Positions 10,226-20,536 are shown, counted from the first letter of the whole stretch. The stretch is DNA of 63,049 bases, filler included, from 8 parts of 8 records of this genome joined end to end with filler, not necessarily neighbours in it, one strand, 5' to 3'. Numbers and translations are program-made. The notes: generated by a model from the sequence alone, not told the origin.

Positions 10226-11197
10226 TCATGTGACCTCTTTTAAGCGTTTTTTGATTTCGGTAGCCGAAGGTAGACTTGTTTTATACTCAGCCACGAATAT
10301 GTCGTCTCTGTCTTTGCCGGCGCTGTAATAGACGTCGATATCACGAAATGATTTACAGATAACCAGTGCTACTGGATCGCGGTCGTTGGGGATTTTGTGG
10401 TCGCGATAATATGTCAGGTAGCGGGTTATCTGCTCGATGTCACCGCGCCGCAGCTCCCTGGCCTTCAGATCCACGATCACATAACATTTTAACAGAATGT
10501 TATAAAATAACAGATCGATGCGCTCCCACTGGTTATCGATAAGCACTTTGTGCTGCCTGCCCACAAACGCAAATCCAAAACCAAATTCCAGTAACACCTT
10601 TTCTATTTTATCCAGCAGCGCCTGTTCCAGGTCTTTTTCAGTGTGATTTTTATCCAGGTCGATAAAGTCCCATTGGTAGGTGTTTTTGAATATCTTGTCA
10701 GGAGTAGTAACAGGCGGTGGATTTTTACGGATATCCAGTCCTTTTTCCCTGACTTTATAATAGTCCCTGTTTATTATTCTCTTTTTCAGCTCCCTGACAC
10801 TCCAGGCATTTAACACCGATTGTTGCTGATAAAAATCACGTTCCTGATTGTTCTTTATGGTGATCAATTCCCCGTAATGCGACCAACTTAATTGTGCACA
10901 CACTGTGTGCACAATTGGGTAAACACGATAGAATTGAATCATTTCAAACAGCAGGCGACGGGAAAAGCCCAAATCGCTGGCAAGATTGTTTACTGTCTGG
11001 GCGCGATAATCGGCCCTGTTCTTTTGTGCCAGTTCTTCTCTGACGATCCGTTCTCCAATCTGCCAATAAGTTTGCACCTTGATGTTATCTACCGCCTGAT
11101 ACGCCCTGGACTGTCCTTTCTGCAAAAGAGATTTTATGTCCTTTAAAAGAACGGCATAGTCTTTTACATTATTGGGTGACTGTTCTAAATTTTTCAT
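10226..11197 (-). CDS. DUF1016/YhcG-family PD-(D/E)XK nuclease-domain protein
   Basis: YWQIGERI, LSWSHY, WSVREL, E.DLE.AL, GFAFVGRQ, IDLLFY, IVDLK. Confidence 0.93.
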   Translation of the reverse strand: MKNLEQSPNNVKDYAVLLKDIKSLLQKGQSRAYQAVDNIKVQTYWQIGERIVREELAQKNRADYRAQTVNNLASDLGFSRRLLFEMIQFYRVYPIVHTVCAQLSWSHYGELITIKNNQERDFYQQQSVLNAWSVRELKKRIINRDYYKVREKGLDIRKNPPPVTTPDKIFKNTYQWDFIDLDKNHTEKDLEQALLDKIEKVLLEFGFGFAFVGRQHKVLIDNQWERIDLLFYNILLKCYVIVDLKARELRRGDIEQITRYLTYYRDHKIPNDRDPVALVICKSFRDIDVYYSAGKDRDDIFVAEYKTSLPSATEIKKRLKEVT

Positions 11198-11381
11198 ATT
11201 TATAACCTCTATAATCTATACAAGAGAGCTTGTCCACTAAAATTACAGAGTTGTAACATAATCCCCGGGTACTCCAACTGTTTTTAACGGTCTGAATTTC
11301 ATAAAACAATCTTTCCTGTTCCTGACTAATACGAATGAGTAATCGATAATGCGTCCAGGTCAATTTTCCGCGCACTGCGCG
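11169..11381 (-). pseudogene. Fragment of a second DUF1016 N-terminal domain, cut by the contig end and losing homology at its 3' end
   Basis: RAVRGKLTWTHYRLLIRI...ERLFYE...NSWSTR aligns to HTVCAQLSWSHYGELITI...ERDFYQ...NAWSVR of the neighbour, then runs into unrelated sequence. Confidence 0.75.
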
Positions 11382-11481
11382 NNNNNNNNNNNNNNNNNNN
11401 NNNNNNNNNNNNNNNNNNNNNNNNNTTAATTAATTAANNNNNNNNNNNNNNNNNNNNNNNNNNNNNNNNNNNNNNNNNNNN
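11382..11481. other. Artificial contig spacer
   Basis: N44-TTAATTAATTAA-N44. Confidence 0.99.
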
Positions 11482-12138
11482 TTTTTGAGGACTAAGCATT
11501 CCAATAAGTTCGATTGCGAAAATGAAACCAGGAATGAACAGAGCATTTGGCTTTGATAAAAGAGCAAGAATGAACATCAATATCGAAAATATGAACTTTT
11601 GGCTTTGCCTTTCAGTAATATATCTTAGATAAAAATATAAGCTAAAGAAGGAAAAGCTGCCGCATAGAAGGTCTTTTCTTGATGATAGCCATGCAAAGCT
11701 ATCTACGTGAACCGGATGAGAAACAAATAAAAGACTAATTATCAATCCGGCTAGTTTTATTTTGTCAGGATCAACCTCTTTGTTTCTTAGTCTTACCAAA
11801 AAAAACAAGAGTTCTATGATGAAAAGATAAAAAGCTAAAGCTGATAATACATGCCAAATCATTCCCTGAATTCTCATCAGTTGAGGATTTTTACCCCATA
11901 ATAGAATGTCTATTGCAAGGCTCATCTCTTTTAGCGGCATGTATTCAGCAAGTCCCGGAATAGGGGGACCGGGAATAAGAAGAGACAAGAATTCACTGAT
12001 TGAGTCTACTTCAAGTCTCTTATTATTGGTAATGACTACATGGTCATCGATGTTGATAAAGTCGTTTCCCAGAGAAGGAAGGAAAATAACAACAGCGAAT
12101 AAGGCTATTATCAAAAAATTGTATTTGCTTTCTTTCAT
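11482..12138 (-). CDS. TMTC-like GT-C membrane glycosyltransferase, N-terminal part (truncated)
   Basis: SL.NDFINIDD, Y.PL, LFVSHPVHVDSFAWLSSRKDLL, LALLSKP. Confidence 0.8.
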
Positions 12139-12327
12139 GTATCTAAATTTTCGCTTAAATAGCAATGATTGCTACCTGTTTTAATAAGAAGTCGTAATAA
12201 TATAATCAATATCTGCAAATTGCAAGAACAGGTTGTCTGTTATTCAACCAAAGGAAATTTGCAATAAACCTGATTGTCGCTTAAACTTTAAATCTGTGCG
12301 TTAGAAATAATCAGAAAAGGTGTTGTA

Positions 12328-13775
12328 ATGAAACTATTGAAATGGCTCGGTGTTGTTGTTTTAGGTCTGGTTGCCTGTTATCTGATTCTTGCTGTTGTCA
12401 TTTTTGTGATGTCATATAGTTCTCACGTTGAAGATGACAGCGATTTGGGAATTTCCTACAGTGAAGTTCCAAAAGAGGAAAACGCATTCTTTGAATTTAA
12501 AGGTGTTGTAAAAAGCCTGAAAATTAGCGACAAGGAAAACAAACTTTTAATCTCTTTCCAGCAAAACGCCAAATTGAGTTTTACGATCAATCATGCGGCA
12601 AATGTCCTGGATAGCTGTTCAATTGTTTACGGAACCTTTTATAAAGTTATGTTGAATCTGATTAGCAAAAACTTTTCTAAAGATAGTGACGAGGCAAAAA
12701 TTTACAAAATTATCGATCAAAATAAAGAAGCTTTGTCCTTTTTATGAGTGGTATAGAAAAATCAAGGTTGCAGATACCGAAAGAGGCAAAAGATGACCCC
12801 TGGACGAAAGCAGATGCTGACCGCTTTAAAAAGGACATGAAAAATGAAGACACAATGCTGCATTTCGATACTTCGATGATAAAGGTTACGAGACTCTTGT
12901 ACTCGATTGCCATTCTGGAATTCAACAAGGGTAATCATATCAAGGCATATCAAACACTTCTCAAAGGATATAAGCTTTCGTGGTTGTTTTTGGATCGAAG
13001 AGATGGTTGGATGTCGGCGATGATGGGTAAAGCTATTCAAGGGATGATTTCATATACAATGAATATTATGGTTCCATATACAGAGCTTGGTTCAGATGAA
13101 ATTCTATCCATAGTAAACGAAATGAAGCAGTACCGAATTACCGAAAAACATTTACGAAACATAATCAAAGCAGAGTATGCGTGGATAATAGAAAATACCT
13201 TCCGTCAAGGAGGATGTGGAATTGATGCTTTTGAATGCGAAGGTGATAGTGAATATTGCCTCGGATTTTTCCCGTTTGACTGGATGTATTTATTTGAGGG
13301 AACATGCAATAAGCAAAAATCTGATATTGCTAAAACATACAGAGAAATGCTTGAATTGGTTTCTTTATCTCATAAAGAAAGAGTAGCCCGTATACCTAAA
13401 CAAGATGATTCATTGCTTGGTTTGGCTTTGACAATTCTTTTGGCAATGAGCGATCCGGTTATGATGATTTCAGCGAATTTGGATTATCTTATGTTCATGA
13501 ATTTGGCACAGGTCAACTACGATCTTTCCATGATATTATTGGCGATCAAGGCTTATCAACTAGAAGCAGGCGATTTGCCGAAAAAACTTGAGAGTTTAAC
13601 TCCAAAATATCTGGAAAAAGTTCCTGTAGATAGGTTTGATAACGAAAAAATGCGCTATTCCAGGAAATCAAAAAAGGTCTGGTCGGTTGGAAATGACTTC
13701 AAAGATAATAACGGTATTCCTAAGCGAAAAACTAGCATGATGATGGATGAGCCGATGGTGGAGATTTTATTTTAG
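12328..13775 (+). CDS. Membrane-anchored hypothetical protein with GspG/pseudopilin-like C-terminal segment; probably one gene split by a frameshift near 12740
   Basis: ORFs 12328..12747 and 12744..13775 meet at a T-run. N-terminal TM helix; C-terminal LAIKAY...G.LP..LE.L.PKYL..VP.D.F...YS...WSVG.D..D..G. Confidence 0.55.
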
Positions 13776-13793
13776 TTTGGTAAATAGCAAGGA

Positions 13794-14420
13794 ATGTGTA
13801 TGTCTCAGGTTTGGTATATTGCGGGATCGGATTATTACAAACAAGAACGAAATACTCTTGAAAAAATAGCAGGTTCTCTTAAAGTGCATGATTATAATGC
13901 ATTCATTCCGCACATAGATGGGTTGAAGAAACACACTTGTAAACTTTCAGAAATGCTTGAGCTTTCTCAAACTTCATTGATCGATCAGGCTCAGTTGGCA
14001 CTGAATACATACCAAATTGCCGAGCGATGTAATGGCTTGATCTTGAATATGAATGGTCGTGTACCGGAGGAAAGCTCGGTTTTTAGAACTTCGCTTGCTT
14101 TCTCGTTCGGGAAACCGGTTATCATTTACAAGAACGATGACAGAAGTACATTTTATGGTCGTGATAATGCAATGCTTATCGGGTTGGCTAATTCTTTTTC
14201 GACGGTCAAAAGTATAGATAAGATTCCGGAAAAAATTGCTAGTCTTAATCCTGAAATTCAACATGAATCTTGTCCTGCATTTTCGGGAAATTCCGCTGAA
14301 TTGATTGAGATAGGTCGCAAGATATGGCAAAAGATCGAAAACCTAAAGTCCGATGCTGACTTAGCTCCACTTGTGAGAGTAATTAAAGAAAATTGTAGCT
14401 TTCAAGAGGTGACAACATGA
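13794..14420 (+). CDS. Nucleoside 2-deoxyribosyltransferase-fold protein lacking the catalytic Glu
   Basis: YIAG, FIPHIDG, NGRVP and GKPVIIYKND motifs; nucleophile position reads R. Confidence 0.8.
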   Translation: MCMSQVWYIAGSDYYKQERNTLEKIAGSLKVHDYNAFIPHIDGLKKHTCKLSEMLELSQTSLIDQAQLALNTYQIAERCNGLILNMNGRVPEESSVFRTSLAFSFGKPVIIYKNDDRSTFYGRDNAMLIGLANSFSTVKSIDKIPEKIASLNPEIQHESCPAFSGNSAELIEIGRKIWQKIENLKSDADLAPLVRVIKENCSFQEVTT

Positions 14421-15031
14421 GCGAAGAAAGAAATGTTGTCTACTGTTCAGGAGCGTTGTTTTGTCCTGAAGAAGTAGCTGAAATGGCAGAAATTACCAAA
14501 CATCTTGAAGATTCAGGATATCGGACTTTTCTTCCTCATCGTGACGGAGTCGAAGCATTTGTGATGAATATGGCCAACAATCCTTTTGTAAACTCCATAA
14601 TTTTCAGACCGATCCAGACATTGATTCACAAAGCCATCTTTGCTCTTGATGTCTATCAGATTGTAATACGATGTGATAGTTTTGTTATCAACCTAAATGG
14701 ACGTGTACCTGATGAAGGTGCTGTAGTTGAAACAGCTTTGGCTTTTACATATGGGAAGCCAATAATCGTATATAAAAATGATCCCAGACAATCTGTTGAT
14801 GGTTTCGAGATTCCATTACTCGCCAATATTCAAATGGCAAAAAGAGTTATGAATATTTCGGATATTCCTGAAGCGATAGAGCTTTCAGGTGGTGCAAACC
14901 AAGCCTTGATAAATGCTAACAAGTTACCAAAAAGAATTCAAAAAACCGTTCGTTTTGGTAGATTTATCTGGAAGTTGGTTAATATCTTCAGGTTTTTAAA
15001 ACCGAAAAATAAGTTCGTTGTGGCTGATTAA
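14417..15031 (+). CDS. Nucleoside 2-deoxyribosyltransferase family protein
   Basis: YCSGALF, FLPHRDG, FALD, NGRVPDEGAVVE, GKPIIVYKND; ATGA overlap with the upstream paralog. Confidence 0.88.
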   Translation: MSEERNVVYCSGALFCPEEVAEMAEITKHLEDSGYRTFLPHRDGVEAFVMNMANNPFVNSIIFRPIQTLIHKAIFALDVYQIVIRCDSFVINLNGRVPDEGAVVETALAFTYGKPIIVYKNDPRQSVDGFEIPLLANIQMAKRVMNISDIPEAIELSGGANQALINANKLPKRIQKTVRFGRFIWKLVNIFRFLKPKNKFVVAD

Positions 15032-15091
15032 TGGGAAACTTGAAGTTGCTTTCGCATTATCGACGAGCAATTACTAGGAAAAGGTCTATAA

Positions 15092-16051
15092 ATGACAGAA
15101 GCAAGACAATCTAAAATTGAAACGCGAATTACAAAACTGCTTGGAATCGAATATCCAATTTTGCAAGGTGCTATGGCATGGATAAGCTTCGCGCCCTTGG
15201 TTGCTGCTGTCAGTAATGCTGGTGGATTGGGGATTTTGGGTGGAACTATCCTTATGCCCGATCAGATGAGAGAAGAAATTCGCAAGGTTCGTGAACTTAC
15301 CGACAAGCCTTTTGGTGTCAATATTATCAGTTTGCACCCGATGATAGAAGAGATTTTAAAGGTGTTGATAGAAGAAAAGATACTTGTTGCCACCTATGGA
15401 ACCGGCAATCCCAAAAGGATAATCGAAGTGCTTAAGCCGGGTGGTGTTATGAGTTTTCCGGTTGTACCGAATATCACTGCGGCTAAAAGGGCGGAACAAG
15501 ATGGAGCCGATGGAGTAATTGTGTCCGGTTGCGAGGCCGGTGGTCATGTGGGGACTATTTCCACAATGGCACTTGTGCCACAGGCGAGAGATGAAGTCAG
15601 TATTCCAATGATTGCCGCAGGTGGTATCGGCGATGGACGAGGAATGTCAGCCGCTTTTGCGCTTGGTGCCGAAGGAGTACAGATTGGTACAAGATTTATA
15701 GTGACAAAAGAATCGACAGCTCACACAAACAGCAAACAGAAGGTGCTTGAAGCGAGCTGTGAAGATACAGTTGTTACCGGCAATATTACGGGGCTTCCGG
15801 TAAGGGTAATCAAAAACAAAATGGCTTGTGAGTTTCTTGAAATGGAAGATACTGGAAAAAGCAAGATGGAAATGGCTATGTTCGGTTCCGGAAAAATGCA
15901 GCTTGCGTTTCAGGATGGAGATGCCGAGGATGGTTCCGTCATGTCCGGTCAAATATCCGGGCTTGTAAAGGACGAACCAACTTGCGACGAACTTATCCAG
16001 CGTATAGTCAAGGAATTCAGGGATGTCAATTCAGGACTTTTGGAGATGTGA
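15092..16051 (+). CDS. FabK-like enoyl-ACP reductase / nitronate monooxygenase family flavoprotein
   Basis: YPILQGAM, AVSNAGGLG, KPFGVN, EAGGH, AAGGIGDGRG, GVQIGTRF. Confidence 0.9.
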   Translation: MTEARQSKIETRITKLLGIEYPILQGAMAWISFAPLVAAVSNAGGLGILGGTILMPDQMREEIRKVRELTDKPFGVNIISLHPMIEEILKVLIEEKILVATYGTGNPKRIIEVLKPGGVMSFPVVPNITAAKRAEQDGADGVIVSGCEAGGHVGTISTMALVPQARDEVSIPMIAAGGIGDGRGMSAAFALGAEGVQIGTRFIVTKESTAHTNSKQKVLEASCEDTVVTGNITGLPVRVIKNKMACEFLEMEDTGKSKMEMAMFGSGKMQLAFQDGDAEDGSVMSGQISGLVKDEPTCDELIQRIVKEFRDVNSGLLEM

Positions 16052-16210
16052 TGTTTTTTAAGAGATTGATATCATTTATGGTTCAGAATAAGCGAACAAT
16101 CTACAGTCTTCTATTCGCCATTTTTTATTCTACTGGCGATAAAGGGAGCGCATTATCGGTATACGTTTTTGTATGTGTGGGTTGGGGTTTATAAAAATGA
16201 GAGGTATATA

Positions 16211-17320
16211 GTGCAACAGGGGATTATTGGCTATTCAGAAAGAGGGCTAATTAATTTATTGGTGAACCAATTAATTAAGGAAGACCAATTGGTAAAAGAA
16301 TTTTTAAAAGGTGTGACTTTTAATAAGGAAAATACAGCTTTATTCACAGAAAGAAATAATGAAAACTTTATATATGAACGAGTTACATTTTTTGTAGAGC
16401 CCAATTTTGCTCAATTTGGTAGTCCTGATTTGATTGTTTTGTTAGAAGACAAAGATGAGAATAAACATGTATTAATAATTGAAGCCAAGCTTTTTCAATA
16501 TGAGTTTCATGCTTCTTCTGGGGACATGACTATGTATGGGTTTAATAGTAAAATAAATGGTCAGCTCGCTATGCGACACAGATTGATTCTTGCTCTAAAG
16601 AGATTTACATTTAATGAAGAAATTTTAACGGAAGACCATAAAGTTGGCAACTGGTATAATCAAGAGTTGAAAGATACATTTAAAGGTGGAAGGAAACTAA
16701 AGAAAAAAATAATAATAGACAAAGTTATTAGCAGGATATGTAACGCAAAAGATTATTCCTTAATAATGATTACAGGAGACGAAAATCATCCGCTTGGTAG
16801 ACATAAAAAAATAAATAATACAATTCTTCCCAAGTTTTATCAGGATGATCAGTCAGTTGGATGGATTGGATGGGAATACATAAAACAAATATTAAAAAAT
16901 AGTAGCGAGTACTTTGATACTACATGGGACTTGTCAGGTGTTGAGCATAAGCCAAAAAATTATTTTAGAGATAAATTGGCTCAAAATAAGAAACCAAAAT
17001 GGAACCCTGAAATATTAAAAAACAAAATTCTAGGAATATTCAATCAACTAAAGATGGAAGCAAAAGTAGAAATATACAAGGCTTCAATTTCTTTTAAAAG
17101 TAATTCTGGAAAAACAGTAGGGAAGATTTTGTTAGATGAAGATAATAAGTTATTCATAGGGATTGAAGATTATGAAGGGGACCAAATAAAAAAACCATAT
17201 TTTACTTGGCAATTTAAAAATCGTGCGTTTCATTGCTATAATATCGGCACCATAAATAACATTGATGAAGAATTGACTTTAAAAATATTTAGGAAATACC
17301 TAGATGTTATAGAACTATAG
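16211..17320 (+). CDS. Putative PD-(D/E)XK restriction-endonuclease-fold protein
   Basis: FG.PDLIV...VLIIEAK motif; GTG start after GAGG; more AT-rich than its neighbours. Confidence 0.6.
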   Translation: MQQGIIGYSERGLINLLVNQLIKEDQLVKEFLKGVTFNKENTALFTERNNENFIYERVTFFVEPNFAQFGSPDLIVLLEDKDENKHVLIIEAKLFQYEFHASSGDMTMYGFNSKINGQLAMRHRLILALKRFTFNEEILTEDHKVGNWYNQELKDTFKGGRKLKKKIIIDKVISRICNAKDYSLIMITGDENHPLGRHKKINNTILPKFYQDDQSVGWIGWEYIKQILKNSSEYFDTTWDLSGVEHKPKNYFRDKLAQNKKPKWNPEILKNKILGIFNQLKMEAKVEIYKASISFKSNSGKTVGKILLDEDNKLFIGIEDYEGDQIKKPYFTWQFKNRAFHCYNIGTINNIDEELTLKIFRKYLDVIEL

Positions 17321-17350
17321 GTGACAAATATTACATAATTGCTTTTTCTA

Positions 17351-18297
17351 TTAAGTTTCCCTCACAAACAACCCCAATGTTTCGAAATGAAATGTTTGAG
17401 GGAAAAAGTCTAGCAGGTTCAAGTCTGCCAGTTTGTAATTTGCCTCGAATAATTTCTTTGCGTCTCTGGCAAATGTTGCAGAATCACAAGACATGTAAAT
17501 GACAGCTTTCGGTTTCAGGTCTATTATGTGTTGCATGCCTTTATGAAAGCCGGTTCGTGGGGGATCAAGTACCAGTATTTCAGGTTTGATGCCTGCTTTG
17601 TGTAGTCGCTTTAGTCCGTTGATTGCAGAATCCCGAACTATTTCGGCTGGATTTTTGTATATTCGGCTATTGTTGATCGCACTTTTACAGGCTGTCTTGT
17701 TGCTTTCGATTGCATAGACTTTGCTGCTGACTGACGCTAAAACGCGAGTAAGATTGCCGGAGCCTGCAAACAGTTCGATGATATTTCCTCTGCCCTTATA
17801 GAGACCATATTCGGGACTGACATATGAAAGGATTGTTTCGCAAGCCACTCGATTAAGTTTGACATTCTGCTGCCAAAATGAATCTACCTTATGTTCACAT
17901 TTTAAACCCAATCCTGAATCAGGCATAAAGAGTGATGTCTTGCCGAACGTTTTTCTGCGGTTTCTGAATGATAGCACAACACCTGAAACAAACTCGGTTT
18001 TCAACAGTTTTTCCACAATTTTATCAGATATAAAATTAGCGCAACTAATTGAAATTGCAGCTAATTCATCAAGTTCAGACCAGCCGATTTCAAGTTCTTC
18101 GATGTCAACATCAATGTCTTTGATAATAGGTTTGATATTGGCTAAAACCAAATTGATATTTTTATGAAGAATAGGGCAGGAATCAAACTCGATAACCGAG
18201 TTGGTTCCTCGTCCGTAAAAGCCGATATTCTTGTCTTCATCAACCTGAAATCGTGCTTTGTTGCGATAGCCGAAACTGCTTTTTTCGGCGTGTATTT
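17351..18297 (-). CDS. rlmD: 23S rRNA (uracil-5)-methyltransferase RlmD/TrmA family, 5'-truncated
   Basis: The frame stays open to the contig end (GYRNKARF); SFWQQN, ELFAGSG, LDPPRTG, YMSC, DFFPQTFHFE. Confidence 0.88.
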
Positions 18298-18397
18298 NNN
18301 NNNNNNNNNNNNNNNNNNNNNNNNNNNNNNNNNNNNNNNNNTTAATTAATTAANNNNNNNNNNNNNNNNNNNNNNNNNNNNNNNNNNNNNNNNNNNN
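18298..18397. other. Artificial contig spacer
   Basis: N44-TTAATTAATTAA-N44. Confidence 0.99.
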
Positions 18398-18399
18398 TA

Positions 18400-20502
18400 A
18401 AAAATACGGTAGAACTATTAGATGATGATAATACCGTTCCTTTTATAGCTCGTTATCGTAAGGAAGTCACTGGAAGTTTAGATGAAGATAATATTCGAGC
18501 GATCTCCGAACGAATGCGATACATTCGAAATCTGGAAGAAAGAAAACAGACGGTTCTCAAAAGCATAGATGACCAGGGTAAACTGACTCCGGAACTGGAA
18601 GAAAAAATTAAAGAATGCTCAAAGCTTCAGGAACTTGAAGATCTATATCTTCCCTACAAGCCAAAAAGAAGAACAAGAGCCACAATAGCAAAAGAAAAAG
18701 GCCTGGAACCACTCGCCACTCTAATTCTTCAGCAGGAAACAACTGAAGGGGACCCTGATGAAATAGCATCTGAATATATCGATGAAGAAAAAGGGGTTTC
18801 CACAGCACAAGAAGCTCTTGCAGGAGCCAGAGATATTGTCGCCGAGCACGTTGCGGATGACGCAGAAATACGAAAATTGATTCGTGAATTAACTGCCGAC
18901 AGAGGCATTCTCACTTCAGAAGCACGGGATGAACAGGAAGTTAAAGAATACGAAATTTATAAAGAATTTGCCGAATCGGTAAAAACAATCCCACCCTATC
19001 GCATTTTAGCCATTAATCGGGGCGAACGCGAAAACATCCTGCGTGTCTGGGTTGATATCGCTGAAGATGATATGGTTTGGGAGATCTCCTCTGTTTATGT
19101 CACCAATAAAGACAGCATTTTCACGGAAGAATTTAAAAAAGCTGTTGCCGATTCATACCATCGGTTGATTGCCCCTGCGATCGAGAGAGAAATTCGCAGC
19201 AACCTGACAGAACGAGCAGATGAACATGCAATACAGGTCTTTGTCCGGAATCTGCGCGCTCTGCTTTTAACGCCCCCTCTGCGTGATGAAAACATTTTGG
19301 GAATTGATCCTGGTTACAGGACGGGATGTAAAGTAGCTGTTATTGACGCTACCGGAAAGTATCTTGAAGGCAGCACTATTTATCCTCACCCTCCACAAAA
19401 AAAATGGGATGATGCAAAAACATTAATTAAAACCTTTGTCAACAAATATCAGGCAGGTGTTATAGCGATAGGAAATGGCACAGCAAGCCGTGAAACTGAA
19501 CAACTCGTTGCTGAAACGATCAGTGAAATGGATATAGATATACACTACACCATTGTCAGCGAAGCTGGAGCCTCTGTTTATTCTGCTTCTCCGGTTGCTA
19601 AAAAAGAATTTCCGGATCTTGAAGCATCGCTGCGCGGAAATATTTCCATTGCCCGTAGATTAATGGATCCACTCTCAGAGTTGGTTAAGATTGATCCAAA
19701 ATCAATTGGTGTCGGACTGTATCAGCACGATGTAGACCAAATCAAATTATCCGAAGCACTGGATCATGTCGTTGAATCCTGTGTAAACGCTGTGGGTGTG
19801 GATCTCAACACGGCATCAGCATCCCTGTTAAAATATGTGGCTGGAATTAATAGTCGTGCAGCGGAAAATATTGTTAAATTCCGGGAAGAGAATGGTAAAT
19901 TCATCGACAGGCATTCATTAAAGAACGTCAAAGGCGTTGGTGACAATGCATTCCTTCAAGCAGCTGGATTTTTGCGTATTGTAGAGAGTGATGTCTTTTT
20001 TGATTCCACCGCTGTCCACCCGGAATCTTATGATTCGGCCAACAAACTATTGGATAATCTAAGTCTATCTGTCAAGGACATTCAGTCTAACGGGGCGCTT
20101 GTTAAGCTGAAGATTAAAACATCCAAAAGTTCAATGTCAGATCTGGCGTCTATTTGTGGATGCGGTAGGGAGACCCTGAAGGATATCATAGACAGTCTGG
20201 AAAAACCAAATCGGGATCCACGTGATGGAATGCCAAAACCCATTCTTCGCAGTGATGTTCTAAGTATGGATGATTTGAACGAAGGCATGATCCTGAAAGG
20301 AACGGTTCGTAACGTTGTCGATTTTGGTGCTTTTGTGGATATTGGCGTCAAGCAGGACGGACTGGTTCATCTGAGCCAGATGGCTAAAAAATATGTAAAG
20401 AATCCCCTGGATATTGTTTCCGTGGGTGATGTGGTAGAAGTTAAAGTAACGAATATAGATAAAGTACGAGGTCGTATCGGTTTGAGCATGGTGCTTGATT
20501 AA
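18400..20502 (+). CDS. tex: Tex transcriptional accessory protein, 5'-truncated
   Basis: TVPFIARYRKE upstream of the called ORF, LEDLYLPYKPK, GIDPGYRTGCK, IGNGTASRET, C-terminal S1 domain. Confidence 0.96.
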   Translation, partial: KNTVELLDDDNTVPFIARYRKEVTGSLDEDNIRAISERMRYIRNLEERKQTVLKSIDDQGKLTPELEEKIKECSKLQELEDLYLPYKPKRRTRATIAKEKGLEPLATLILQQETTEGDPDEIASEYIDEEKGVSTAQEALAGARDIVAEHVADDAEIRKLIRELTADRGILTSEARDEQEVKEYEIYKEFAESVKTIPPYRILAINRGERENILRVWVDIAEDDMVWEISSVYVTNKDSIFTEEFKKAVADSYHRLIAPAIEREIRSNLTERADEHAIQVFVRNLRALLLTPPLRDENILGIDPGYRTGCKVAVIDATGKYLEGSTIYPHPPQKKWDDAKTLIKTFVNKYQAGVIAIGNGTASRETEQLVAETISEMDIDIHYTIVSEAGASVYSASPVAKKEFPDLEASLRGNISIARRLMDPLSELVKIDPKSIGVGLYQHDVDQIKLSEALDHVVESCVNAVGVDLNTASASLLKYVAGINSRAAENIVKFREENGKFIDRHSLKNVKGVGDNAFLQAAGFLRIVESDVFFDSTAVHPESYDSANKLLDNLSLSVKDIQSNGALVKLKIKTSKSSMSDLASICGCGRETLKDIIDSLEKPNRDPRDGMPKPILRSDVLSMDDLNEGMILKGTVRNVVDFGAFVDIGVKQDGLVHLSQMAKKYVKNPLDIVSVGDVVEVKVTNIDKVRGRIGLSMVLD

Positions 20503-20536
20503 ACTTTACCGCCATGGCATCAAATAAAAAATATCA

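Noticed and set aside
9812-10229. ORFs 9812..10186, 9855..10229, 6647..6838 and the N-terminal extension of 5844..6332
   Set aside because: Their LPTAYC-like peptides are translations of the non-coding heptamer tracts.
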